Assembly: GCA_041694815.1 (NCBI GenBank)
Contig: JBGFSC010000006.1
Coordinates: 24,937 to 88,936 of the forward strand
Length of the DNA stretch: 64,000 nucleotides
Reading direction: 5' to 3'
Source: Elusimicrobiota bacterium
GTDB lineage: Bacteria; Elusimicrobiota; Elusimicrobia; UBA1565; JACRDR01
The notes under the pieces are model-generated. The model made no database searches, had not been told where the DNA came from, and worked only from the letters and a program-made list of their open reading frames with translations. The position numbers and the translations under genes were made by a program. Every line of letters starts with the position of its first letter. Positions within the stretch are counted from its first letter, which is position 1. Below, one piece after another: positions 29,189 to 41,130 of this stretch.

Positions 29189-29776
29189 CTAGAAATGGAA
29201 ATTCAGGCCGGCGGTCACCTGATGGCCCGCGTCGTCGAAGTCCTGGTTCGCGGTGGTGTTGGAGGCGTTGCGGCTGCGGATGTTCCCGATCCAGATATGC
29301 CGGTAGGTAGCGTCGATGGACCACTTTGGGTTCAAGAATATTTGCAGGCCTCCCCCGACATGCGGCCCGAAGCGGTTGTCGGTCTCATCGAAGCCTCCCG
29401 GACCCTCGACATGCGTGAAGTACCACCCGGCTCCCGCCAGAATGAACGGCGATATGCGGTGGCGGCCGGGCGTTAAGTACGCCAGCAGCGAGGCTTGGAC
29501 CGGATAGATGTCGGCCCGCGTACCCGTGAAGGTCCGACGGCGATAATCGGCCGATCCCTCCAGGGCCCAGATGTTGCTTAAATGCAGGCGCAACTGGGCC
29601 CCCCCGAACCAATCGTCGCCGGTCCCTTGCCCGGTGTCCGCTTGGAACCAGGTCGCCCTTCCCCCGAGCGAGACTCCTCGATGCGGGTAGACGTCGTCGT
29701 AGTCCTGGGCGTAGGCGGCGCTGCCGCCCAGCGGCAAGAAGGAGAACAGCGCGAGAGCGCAAAATGTAGATTTCAT
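29189..29776 (-). CDS. Outer-membrane beta-barrel protein
   Basis: Signal peptide, amphipathic strands, C-terminal TAGLNFHF. Confidence 0.85.
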   Translation of the reverse strand: MKSTFCALALFSFLPLGGSAAYAQDYDDVYPHRGVSLGGRATWFQADTGQGTGDDWFGGAQLRLHLSNIWALEGSADYRRRTFTGTRADIYPVQASLLAYLTPGRHRISPFILAGAGWYFTHVEGPGGFDETDNRFGPHVGGGLQIFLNPKWSIDATYRHIWIGNIRSRNASNTTANQDFDDAGHQVTAGLNFHF

Positions 29777-29900
29777 GGATTCCTCCTGTCGATCTCATTA
29801 TAAAGGAGAGATTCCGGAGGTTCCTATAGTTAGCCCGTCAAGGAAATATGACGTCCCTGAGAGGTGAGCGTGACGGCAAAAAGGGTACAATGGCGCCCGA

Positions 29901-30530
29901 ATGATAGAGCCGCATTGGTTCGACGCGCTCCAGAGGCGTTTCGGCTCATGGACGATCCCCGGCCTCGTGAATTTCATCGTGGGGATGAACGCCGCGGTGT
30001 GGGCGCTTTCCCTGCTCAAGCCAGAATTTCCGAGCGTGCTGGCCCTCGACCCTCATCGGGTGATGCAGGGCGAATGGTGGAGGATCTTCACCTTCCTGTT
30101 CATTCCTCCCGCTTCCTCCCCGCTGTGGATGTTCTTATGGCTCTACCTGCTCTACACCTACGCGAGCGCCTTGGAAAGGGAATGGGGCGATTTCCGCTTC
30201 AATCTCTATTACGCGATCGGCGCCGCGTCCACGGCGGCGGCGTCTCTCGGTCTGGGGCAGGGGCTTTCCAACGCGCCGCTGAACGCCTCGATTTTCCTGG
30301 CCTTCGCGGCCCTCTACCCGGATTTCGAGCTGCTGCTATTCTTCATCCTGCCGGTCAAGGCGAAATGGCTGGCGGCGTTGGCTTGGATCGGCATCGCCTG
30401 GTCGGCGATATTCGGCCATTGGGCGGTTCGCGTCGCGCTGTCGGCCGGCCTCGTCAATTACGCGCTTTTTTTCGGCAAGGACCATGCCCTGTCTCTCCGT
30501 TATCGCTGGAGGCGCTGGCGTGAGCGATAG
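29901..30530 (+). CDS. Rhomboid-like membrane protein
   Basis: GEWWRIFTFLF, LEREWGDFRFNLYY, FFILPVKAKWL. Confidence 0.75.
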   Translation: MIEPHWFDALQRRFGSWTIPGLVNFIVGMNAAVWALSLLKPEFPSVLALDPHRVMQGEWWRIFTFLFIPPASSPLWMFLWLYLLYTYASALEREWGDFRFNLYYAIGAASTAAASLGLGQGLSNAPLNASIFLAFAALYPDFELLLFFILPVKAKWLAALAWIGIAWSAIFGHWAVRVALSAGLVNYALFFGKDHALSLRYRWRRWRER

Positions 30531-30852
30531 GATCGTCTACTCGAGCGACCCGGACTTCTGCTCCGCCTGCGGCCATTCCCCCTGCCGTTGCCAGGCGCCG
30601 GCGACCCGCCGCCAGGCGGAACCCCTGCGCCTCTCTTTCGCCCGCGGCGTCAAGGGCAGCGGGGTGACGCGCATCGAGCGGCTCGTCCTGCACCCGACGC
30701 TCAAGGAGCAGATGCTTCAAAAATTCAAGAAGCGGCTCGGCTGCGGCGGAGCGGTCAAGGAAGGTGCCTTGGAGCTGCAAGGCGATCATCGCGATTTCCT
30801 GGAAGGGGCGCTCAAGGCGGAGGGTTTCAAGGTCCGCCGCGTCGGCGGCTAG
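30520..30852 (+). CDS. yciH: Translation initiation factor SUI1/YciH-like
   Basis: IVYSSD, CxxC..C.C, KGSGVT, KKRLGCGGAVKEGALELQGDHR; GTG at 30520 with GGAGG. Confidence 0.85.
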   Translation: MSDRIVYSSDPDFCSACGHSPCRCQAPATRRQAEPLRLSFARGVKGSGVTRIERLVLHPTLKEQMLQKFKKRLGCGGAVKEGALELQGDHRDFLEGALKAEGFKVRRVGG

Positions 30853-30872
30853 AGTAGGTCCATCGCTCTTAC

Positions 30873-30920
30873 GGTGCCAGGGATTGACTTTCGCCTAGGC
30901 GAAAGTCAATCCCTGGCACC
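30873..30920. repeat. Perfect 48-bp palindrome (GGTGYCAG family, copy 2)
   Basis: GGTGCCAGGGATTGACTTTCGCCTAGGCGAAAGTCAATCCCTGGCACC equals its own reverse complement. Confidence 0.92.
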
Positions 30921-31389
30921 ATTGTTACAAAGGCGATGGGTCCCATGCCCGCCACCCGCGCCTACAGCACGCCGTTCATCCGTCGCCTATCCAATATTCA
31001 CCGAGCCTATATGGAGTCTCGCGCGGCGCGGCGATTACAATGCCCCCATGACAGGAGGTGTCTATGAGGTCGCATAAGGGACCCCGGGGCGGCAAGACCA
31101 TACTGATGGTCGACGACGAGCCGGACATGCTGTCGGTGCTCGAGCCGATGCTCAGCGCCGAGGGCTACCGTGTCGAGACGGCTTCCGACGGCGAGCAGGC
31201 CTTAAGGCGCATCCACGCGAGAAAGCCCGACTTGGTCCTGCTCGACCTCAAAATGCCCGGACTGGGCGGGCGGGCCGCCCTAGAGGAGCTTCGCCGCAAT
31301 GCCTCGACCCGCTCGCTGCCTGTGATCATGCTCACGGGCAAGGCCGAGCCGGCCGACGAGATCAGCTCCCTCGAGCACGGGGCGGACGA

Positions 31390-34155
<2,766 letters not shown>

Positions 34156-34188
34156 ATAAGGAGGTCCTCCGCCTTATTGTATCAATTT

Positions 34189-34335
34189 GGTGCCAGGCAT
34201 CCACTTTCTACACTTTCTTGACTTTCGAAGATATTGTCGTCAAGAGAAATGAGAAAGTATATTCCAGATTTGGTGCTAAAAGTACCGAACCTGGAGAGAA
34301 AGTGTAGAAAGTAGAGAAAGTGGATGCCTGGCACC
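34189..34335. repeat. MITE/REP-like element with 21-bp terminal inverted repeats (GGTGYCAG family, copy 3)
   Basis: GGTGCCAGGCATCCACTTTCT 34189-34209 and its perfect reverse complement 34315-34335; 9-bp ACTTTCNNN sub-repeats inside both arms; AT-rich. Confidence 0.88.
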
Positions 34336-34363
34336 CGGATAACGAAGTTGGTAAAATGACCCG

Positions 34364-35134
34364 ATGGTCCGGCTGCTCTCTTGGAACGTCAACGGGATCC
34401 GCGCCGCCGAGCGCAAGGGCCTCCTCGATTGGTTCAAGAAGGAGGCGCCCGACGTCCTCTGCCTGCAGGAGACCAAGGCCATGCCCGAGCAGGTCAGCCC
34501 CGCGCTGCGCGAGGTCTCTGGGTATGCGGTCGAATGGCACTGGGCGGAGAAGAAGGGCTATAGCGGCGTAGCCACCTACAGCAGGCCGAGGTTCGAAAGG
34601 GCTACGCGCGGCTGCGGGATCGCGCGCTACGATTGCGAAGGGCGCGTGCTCGTGGCCGATTATCCGAAGTTCACCTTATTCAACGTTTACTTTCCCAACG
34701 GCAAGCGCGACCAGGAGCGCCTGGCCTACAAGATGGATTTCTACGAGGATTTCCTCAAGATCCTCCAGGGCGCCCGGGAGTCCGGCAGGCGCAACCTCGT
34801 CGTGTGCGGGGACGTCAACACCGCTCATCGCGAGATCGACCTGGCCAGGCCCAAGGAGAACCGGAAGGTCTCCGGATTCCTCCCGGAGGAATGCGCCTGG
34901 ATCGACAAGTTGCTTTCCGCCGGCTTCGTCGACACCTTCCGCGAGTTCGAGAGCTCCGGGGGCCATTACACCTGGTGGGACCAGCTCACGCGGGCGCGGG
35001 AGAGGAATGTCGGCTGGCGCATCGATTACTTCTTCGTCTCGGAGGAGCTTCGCCGCTCGCTTAAGAGCGCCTTCATCCTGCCCGAGGTGCTCGGCTCCGA
35101 CCATTGCCCGGTCGGTATCGAGCTGGACATATGA
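34364..35134 (+). CDS. xth: Exodeoxyribonuclease III
   Basis: SWNVNGIRA, CLQETK, GYSGV, YFPNG, GDVNTAH, GWRIDYF, SDHCP. Confidence 0.95.
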   Translation: MVRLLSWNVNGIRAAERKGLLDWFKKEAPDVLCLQETKAMPEQVSPALREVSGYAVEWHWAEKKGYSGVATYSRPRFERATRGCGIARYDCEGRVLVADYPKFTLFNVYFPNGKRDQERLAYKMDFYEDFLKILQGARESGRRNLVVCGDVNTAHREIDLARPKENRKVSGFLPEECAWIDKLLSAGFVDTFREFESSGGHYTWWDQLTRARERNVGWRIDYFFVSEELRRSLKSAFILPEVLGSDHCPVGIELDI

Positions 35135-35538
35135 GGGGCCATCCGGGCCCTGGCGAGGCCGCCGTGCTGATCCTCGCGTTGTCGGCGTTGTTCGGCGCGA
35201 ACGCGCTGGCGAGCGGCCTCGACGGGTCGCGGTGGAAGCTGCGGGAGAACACCTTCAAGTCCAAGATATTCTTTTGGAGCTATGACCATCTCGCTTTCCG
35301 GGACGGGATATTCGAGTCGACGCATTGCCGCTTGAAGGATTTCCCGCCCGTCGTCTACGCCTCCTCCGAGTCGAACGGCGTCATCCGATGGAGCGCCACC
35401 GCGACGGGTCCGCGCGGGAAGATGGTCTGGGAGGGGCGCAGCCAAGGCGACCGGATGGAGGGCCGCCGCACCTGGATACGCCCCGACGACCGCACCCGCG
35501 CCGTCTTTTGGACCGGCAAACGCTCGTCACCGAAGTAG
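35131..35538 (+). CDS. Probable exported hypothetical protein
   Basis: ATGA-coupled to xth; hydrophobic stretch ending ANALA; beta-rich body. Confidence 0.6.
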   Translation: MRGHPGPGEAAVLILALSALFGANALASGLDGSRWKLRENTFKSKIFFWSYDHLAFRDGIFESTHCRLKDFPPVVYASSESNGVIRWSATATGPRGKMVWEGRSQGDRMEGRRTWIRPDDRTRAVFWTGKRSSPK

Positions 35539-35587
35539 CGCGCCGTTCGTAACGGGCCCGACGTTTCGAATTTAGTAAAATTTCCCC

Positions 35588-37732
35588 ATGAGCGAATCCG
35601 GCTCCGCCAACGGCGCCGATATCTATCTGCCGGAGCGTTTAACCCGGCTCAAGGACCTGGCCTACAACCTGTGGTGGAGCTGGCACCCGGACGCGAGGGC
35701 CTTGTTCAAGGCCGTCGACCGCACGTTATGGAAGAACAGCAACCACAACCCGGTCAAGCTGCTCGGCTCCATCGCGGCCGAGAAGCTCAACGCCCTGGCC
35801 AAGGACGCCGCCTTCCTGCGCTACTACGACGCGGTCATCAGCGATTTCGACGCCTACCTCGCCGACCAGCAGACCTGGTTCAAGACGAGCTATCCCGGGG
35901 AAACCCAGCCGATCGCCTATTTCTCGGCGGAGTTCGGCGTCCATAACTCCCTGCCGATATACTCCGGGGGCCTTGGCATACTCGCCGGCGACCACTGCAA
36001 ATCAGCCAGCGACCTGGGCGTGCCCCTGGTGGGGGTCGGCTTCATGTACCCGCAGGGCTACGTCCACCAAAAGGTCGGCATCGAGGGATGGCAGCAGAAT
36101 ATCTACGACCTCATCGACTGGAATGCCGCCCCGGTCCGTCCCGCCCGGACGCCTTCGGGCGAGCGCTGCGTGCTCAACGTGACCTTGGCGGGCTGGTCCC
36201 TGCATTTGGCCGTATTCAAGGTCGTCGTCGGCCGGGTGCCGCTCTACCTGATGGATACCAACGTCGAGGGCAATACCCCCGGGGACCGGGAGGTGTCGGG
36301 GCGCCTTTACGGCGGCGACCAGACGATGCGGCTTCGCCAGGAGATTGTGCTCGGCATCGGCGGGGTGCGCATCCTGCGCGCCCTTGGAGTGGCCCCGAAG
36401 GTCCTTCACATCAACGAGGGGCACGCCGCTTTCGCCTTCCTCGAGCGCGTGCGCGAGCTGGTGTCCGAGGGCAAGACATTCGACGAGGCCGTGGCGGCGC
36501 TGCGCGACTCCACGGTATTTACGACCCACACGCCGGTTCCCGCCGGGCACGACGTCTTTCCCGAACCCCTCATCGAGGAGTACTTCAAGCATTATTGGCC
36601 CGCCTTGGGGATCGACCGGGAACGCTTCCTGGAATTGGGCCGCTTCAACGGGCAGCCGGGTTGGAACATGACGGCCCTGGCCCTGCGCCTGTCGGGAAAG
36701 AGCAACGGGGTCAGCCGCCGGCACGGCGCGGTCTCTCGGGCGATGTGGAAGACGCTCTGGCCCGCGCGTCCGGAGGAAGCCCCGATCACCTCGGTGACCA
36801 ACGGGGTACATCTGCCGACCTGGGTCAACCAGAACATCGCCTCGATCTACACCCGCTATCTCGGGCAGGGCTGGCAGGCGCGCCAGGACGACTCGAGGCT
36901 CTGGAGCAAGGTCGACGACATCCCGGACGCCGAGCTCTGGAACGCCCATCTCAACTGCAAGCGCGAGCTCATCAATCTCGTCCGCCAGAAGGTGCGTCAG
37001 CGCTGGATGCAGGACCGCGTCGATCCCGCGCAGGTCTTGGCCGGCGGCTCGCTGCTAGACCCCGAGGCATTGACCATCGGCTTCGCCAGGCGATTCGCCA
37101 GCTACAAGCGCGCGACCCTTATCTTGAGCGACCTGGAGCGGTTGAGAAAGATTCTGATGGATCCTTGGCGCCCCGTCCAGATACTCTTCGCCGGCAAGGC
37201 CCACCCCGCTGACGACGTGGGCAAGTCGCTCATCCAACAGGTCTACAACCTGGCCAAGGATCCTTCCTTCGGGGGGCATATCGCCTTCGTCGAGGACTAC
37301 GATATGCACGTCGCCCGGTACTTCGTGCAGGGTTGCGACCTCTGGCTCAACACGCCCCTGCCTCCCCTGGAGGCCTGCGGCACCAGCGGGCAAAAGGCAG
37401 CGGCCAACGGCGTTCCCAACTGCAGCGTGCTCGACGGCTGGTGGGAGGAGGGCTTCAACCACCATAACGGATGGGCCATCTCTGAGGGCTTGAGCCCCAA
37501 CGCCGACAGGCGGGACGCGCAGGACGCCGACTCCCTCTACCGCCTGCTGGAGGAAAAGATCATACCGCTCTATTACGAGCACGACCTGCACGATTCGCCG
37601 CAGGGCTGGATCGAAGTGATGCGCCAGTCCATCCGGACCGTCGCGCCCATGTTCTGCGCCGACCGCATGGTCAAGGATTACACTCGCGAGATGTACCTGG
37701 GCGCCGCGCCCGCGCCGGCCGCCGCCCGCTGA
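35588..37732 (+). CDS. glgP: Alpha-glucan phosphorylase
   Basis: LAYNLWWSW, YSGGLGILAGD, NEGH, FARRFASYKRA, AGKAHP, EACGTSGQKA. Confidence 0.95.
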   Translation: MSESGSANGADIYLPERLTRLKDLAYNLWWSWHPDARALFKAVDRTLWKNSNHNPVKLLGSIAAEKLNALAKDAAFLRYYDAVISDFDAYLADQQTWFKTSYPGETQPIAYFSAEFGVHNSLPIYSGGLGILAGDHCKSASDLGVPLVGVGFMYPQGYVHQKVGIEGWQQNIYDLIDWNAAPVRPARTPSGERCVLNVTLAGWSLHLAVFKVVVGRVPLYLMDTNVEGNTPGDREVSGRLYGGDQTMRLRQEIVLGIGGVRILRALGVAPKVLHINEGHAAFAFLERVRELVSEGKTFDEAVAALRDSTVFTTHTPVPAGHDVFPEPLIEEYFKHYWPALGIDRERFLELGRFNGQPGWNMTALALRLSGKSNGVSRRHGAVSRAMWKTLWPARPEEAPITSVTNGVHLPTWVNQNIASIYTRYLGQGWQARQDDSRLWSKVDDIPDAELWNAHLNCKRELINLVRQKVRQRWMQDRVDPAQVLAGGSLLDPEALTIGFARRFASYKRATLILSDLERLRKILMDPWRPVQILFAGKAHPADDVGKSLIQQVYNLAKDPSFGGHIAFVEDYDMHVARYFVQGCDLWLNTPLPPLEACGTSGQKAAANGVPNCSVLDGWWEEGFNHHNGWAISEGLSPNADRRDAQDADSLYRLLEEKIIPLYYEHDLHDSPQGWIEVMRQSIRTVAPMFCADRMVKDYTREMYLGAAPAPAAAR

Positions 37733-37744
37733 GGACCAGGGTCC

Positions 37745-38482
37745 ATGCGTGCCAAGAGCGGAATCGAGATATTCCGGCGCCAGGGCCTCCGCCTGATCGG
37801 GATATGGACACGCCCCCTGGCCACGACCCCCCGCTTCCCGGCGGTTTTATTCCTGCACGGCTTTCCCGGCGCCGAAAAAAACGTCGACATCCAGCGCGCC
37901 CTGCTCGAGCGGGGCATAGCGAGCTTCGCGCTGCATTTTCGGGGCTCCTGGGGTAGCGAGGGGACATACCGCTTCTCGCATCTCTTAGGAGACGCCCGAG
38001 CTGCGCTGGGCCGCCTGCGCCGCCTCGAAGGGGTCGACGAAAGGCGCCTGGCCGTCTTCGGCTTCAGCATGGGGGGCTGGACCGCGATCCACCTGGCCGC
38101 GCGCGAGAGGGTGCGCGCGGTGGCCGCCGTCGCCCCGGTCGGCGGCGCCGAGATGTTGCGCCCGGGCACCCGCGAGAATCTCGCCCGGCTGGGAGCCGCC
38201 CTGCGTATCGATGGCGCCGACTCGCTCTACCGAGATTTTTCCGAGACCGTCCGCCGTTTGGACCCCGCCCGCAGCGCAGCCCGGCTAAAATGCCCGCTGT
38301 TGCTGGTGCACGGTCGTAACGACGAGATCGTTCCCTGCGGCGTGTCCGAGCGCATCTACGCCGCGGCGCGTGGACCCAAGACGCGCAAGCTCGTGGGTGG
38401 CGCCTTCCACGATTTTCTGGAGCAGCGCGCGGCCCTGTCGCGCATCGTCTCGCGCTGGCTTTCCGAGCGGCTGCGGGCATGA
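37745..38482 (+). CDS. Alpha/beta hydrolase
   Basis: LHGFPG, GFSMGG nucleophile elbow, VHGRNDEIV, GAFHDF. Confidence 0.88.
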   Translation: MRAKSGIEIFRRQGLRLIGIWTRPLATTPRFPAVLFLHGFPGAEKNVDIQRALLERGIASFALHFRGSWGSEGTYRFSHLLGDARAALGRLRRLEGVDERRLAVFGFSMGGWTAIHLAARERVRAVAAVAPVGGAEMLRPGTRENLARLGAALRIDGADSLYRDFSETVRRLDPARSAARLKCPLLLVHGRNDEIVPCGVSERIYAAARGPKTRKLVGGAFHDFLEQRAALSRIVSRWLSERLRA

Positions 38483-38513
38483 CGATTGTGATAGAATCCC
38501 ATGGGAGGGCTTT

Positions 38514-39458
38514 ATGAAGATCATTTTAAGGATAGCTGCGGCGTTTCTCGTTCTTTTCTTGGCCGTGGAGGCGTCGTTTAGGCTCTTCGTGACCCAGGAC
38601 GCCCTGGTCTACCAGGACAGCCGCGACGGAAACCTGCTCTTCGAGCTCAAGCCTGGCGCGGCGGGCCGGAAATTCGGAACCTTCGTGCAGATCAATCGGG
38701 CGGGCCTGAGGGAGCGGGAATTGCCGGAACGCAAGCCTGCCGACGAGTTCAGGATCGTCGTCGTGGGCGATCAATTCACCTTCGGCTTGGGGATTCCGGT
38801 CGAACAAAGCTACGTGCGCCTGCTGGAATCCATGCTGGCGCGTGCCCAAGACAAGAAAGTGCGCACGATCAATCTCTCGATGTACAGTTATAACTTTCGA
38901 CAAAAACTGGCCCTGCTGCGCTCTCGCGGCCTTCGCTATGAGCCCGATGCGGTGGTCTTTCAAGTCTACTCCAAGGATTTTAAGGATCTGCCCGACGCGC
39001 TGGTGCAGATGCCGGGACTTAAAAACTGGCTGAGGGATCACAGCGCCTTTCTGCGTTGGCTTTTCGAGCGCATATTCTGGTCCAGGAAGCCCGAGGAAAA
39101 GGTTGGACCGCCGGGACCGAACGCGGTATTGACCGGTCTTCGAAACATACGGACTTTATTGATTACCGAGTTGAAGGTTCCGGTACTCATCGTATTCTGT
39201 CCGAATCTAGCGCTGGACGCCAAGGAAGTCGCCAAGCAGCAGGAGCTCGAGCGCGAATTCGAGCGCTACAGCCGCGAACTCGGCCTCCCTTTCTACAGCC
39301 TAAGCGCCGAGTTCAAGGGGGACAAGAGCCTTCTGATCCATCCGAGCGATCCCTGGCTGGGTCCCCAGGCGCACGAGCGAGCCGCGCGGGGGGTCGCCCA
39401 GCGCCTGCGCCGCATCATCCCAGCGCGCAAGGCGCCGGCCCAACGGCCGGGAGTGTGA
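38514..39458 (+). CDS. Membrane-anchored SGNH/GDSL-fold protein with substituted catalytic residues
   Basis: N-terminal TM, INRAGLRE, RIVVVGDQFTFG, YEPDAVV, DPWLGPQAH. Confidence 0.75.
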   Translation: MKIILRIAAAFLVLFLAVEASFRLFVTQDALVYQDSRDGNLLFELKPGAAGRKFGTFVQINRAGLRERELPERKPADEFRIVVVGDQFTFGLGIPVEQSYVRLLESMLARAQDKKVRTINLSMYSYNFRQKLALLRSRGLRYEPDAVVFQVYSKDFKDLPDALVQMPGLKNWLRDHSAFLRWLFERIFWSRKPEEKVGPPGPNAVLTGLRNIRTLLITELKVPVLIVFCPNLALDAKEVAKQQELEREFERYSRELGLPFYSLSAEFKGDKSLLIHPSDPWLGPQAHERAARGVAQRLRRIIPARKAPAQRPGV

Positions 39459-39751
39459 TGGCGGCCCTTCCCCGCGAGATCACGCAAGGTTCCCGCGAGC
39501 TTAAGATCGCTTGGGAAGGGGGATCGGAAAGCGTTTATCCCGCCGCGCTCCTGCGGCGCCACTGCCCCTGCGCGCTTTGCCGCGACGAGTGGACCGGACG
39601 CTCCACGCTGGATCCAGCCTCGGTGCCGGAGGATCTCGCGATACTCAAGGCCGAGCTGGTTGGCCAATACGCCGTCGCGATCCAGTTCTCGGACGGCCAC
39701 TCGACCGGCATCTACAGCTTCGAGAACCTTCGCAAGGGGCTCGCCTCCTGA
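39458..39751 (+). CDS. DUF971 (GBBH-like N-terminal) protein
   Basis: LRRHCPCALC, VGQYAVAIQFSDGHSTGIYSF. Confidence 0.88.
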   Translation: MAALPREITQGSRELKIAWEGGSESVYPAALLRRHCPCALCRDEWTGRSTLDPASVPEDLAILKAELVGQYAVAIQFSDGHSTGIYSFENLRKGLAS

Positions 39752-41130
39752 TGTCCTGGCCCTGGCGAACGATCATCGAACCGTTCCGGATCAAGAGCGT
39801 GGAGCCCCTGGGGTTCACGACCCAGGCGCAGCGCGAGCGTTTCCTGGCCGAAGCCGGCTACAATCTATTCAATATCCCGGCCGACCGCGTGCTCATCGAC
39901 CTGCTGACCGACTCCGGCACCTCGGCGATGTCGGCCGAGCAGTGGGCGGCGATCATGCGCGGCGACGAGTCGTACGCCGGCGCCAAGAGCTTCTACCTCT
40001 TCGAAGATGCGGTGCGCGCCCTGACGGGATTCCGCGAGGTGCTTCCAGTGCACCAGGGCCGGGCCGCGGAACGCATCCTTTTTTCCTTTATCGGCGGTCC
40101 TGGAAAGACGGTTTTCGCCAACGCGCATTTCGACACCACCCGGGCCAATATCGAGGTCAGCGGGGCCCAGGCGGTGGATCTTCCCGTGGCCGAAGCCTGG
40201 GACTTCAAGAACCCTGGGCCCTTCAAGGGGAATATCGACATCGCCAGGCTTGAGTCCGCGATCGCCGAGTGCGGCGCCCGCAACGTTCCCCTCGTCATCT
40301 TGACGGTCACCAACAACGCGCTGGGAGGACAGCCCGTCTCGATGGCCAATATCCGCGAGACGGCGGCCGTCTGCCGCCGCCACAAGATCCCGCTTTTCCT
40401 CGACTGCGCCCGCTTCGCCGAGAACGCCTACCTCATCAAGCGGCGCGAGCCCCGCTACGCGGAAAAGCCGGTCGCCGAGATCGCGCGGGAGATGTTCTCC
40501 TACGCCTCCGGTTGCATCATGAGCGCCAAGAAGGATGCCCTGGTCAACATCGGCGGGTTTTTGGCGCTCAACGATCCCGCCTGGGCCAAGCGCGCCCGCG
40601 AGGTGCTGATCCTGGGCGAGGGCTTTCCGACATACGGTGGCCTGGCGGGACGGGACCTGGAGGCGATGGCCCGCGGGCTTGAGGAGGTGCTCGATGAGGA
40701 ATACCTCCAGTATCGCATCCGCTCCGTCGAATATCTAGGGGCTGGACTGCGCCAAGCGGGGGTTCCCATACTCGAGCCACCGGGCGGGCACGGGGTGTAC
40801 GTGGACGCGAAAAGATTCCTTCCGCATATCCCTGCCCAGCGTTATCCGGGCCAGGCGCTCATCTGCGAGCTCTACCGCACGGCCGGCATCCGCGCCGTCG
40901 AGATCGGCTCGCTCATGTTCGGCAAGCGGAGAAACGGCGCCTTCGAGCCGGCCCGCATGGAGCTGGTGCGCTTGGCGTTGCCCCGGCGCGTCTATACCCA
41001 GAGCCACATCGATTTCGTCATCGAGGTGTTCGCCGATATCGCCAGGCGCAAGGACCGGCTCGGCGGCCTGCGCCTGGTGGAGGGCTCCGAGCACTTAAAC
41101 CACTTCACCGCGAGGCTCGCCCCCGCATGA
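39751..41130 (+). CDS. tnaA: Tryptophanase (beta-eliminating lyase family)
   Basis: EPFRIKSVE, IDLLTDSGT, GDESYAG, HFDTTR, MSAKKD (PLP Lys), EGFPTYGGL, RLALPRRVYT, HFTARL. Confidence 0.88.
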   Translation: MSWPWRTIIEPFRIKSVEPLGFTTQAQRERFLAEAGYNLFNIPADRVLIDLLTDSGTSAMSAEQWAAIMRGDESYAGAKSFYLFEDAVRALTGFREVLPVHQGRAAERILFSFIGGPGKTVFANAHFDTTRANIEVSGAQAVDLPVAEAWDFKNPGPFKGNIDIARLESAIAECGARNVPLVILTVTNNALGGQPVSMANIRETAAVCRRHKIPLFLDCARFAENAYLIKRREPRYAEKPVAEIAREMFSYASGCIMSAKKDALVNIGGFLALNDPAWAKRAREVLILGEGFPTYGGLAGRDLEAMARGLEEVLDEEYLQYRIRSVEYLGAGLRQAGVPILEPPGGHGVYVDAKRFLPHIPAQRYPGQALICELYRTAGIRAVEIGSLMFGKRRNGAFEPARMELVRLALPRRVYTQSHIDFVIEVFADIARRKDRLGGLRLVEGSEHLNHFTARLAPA

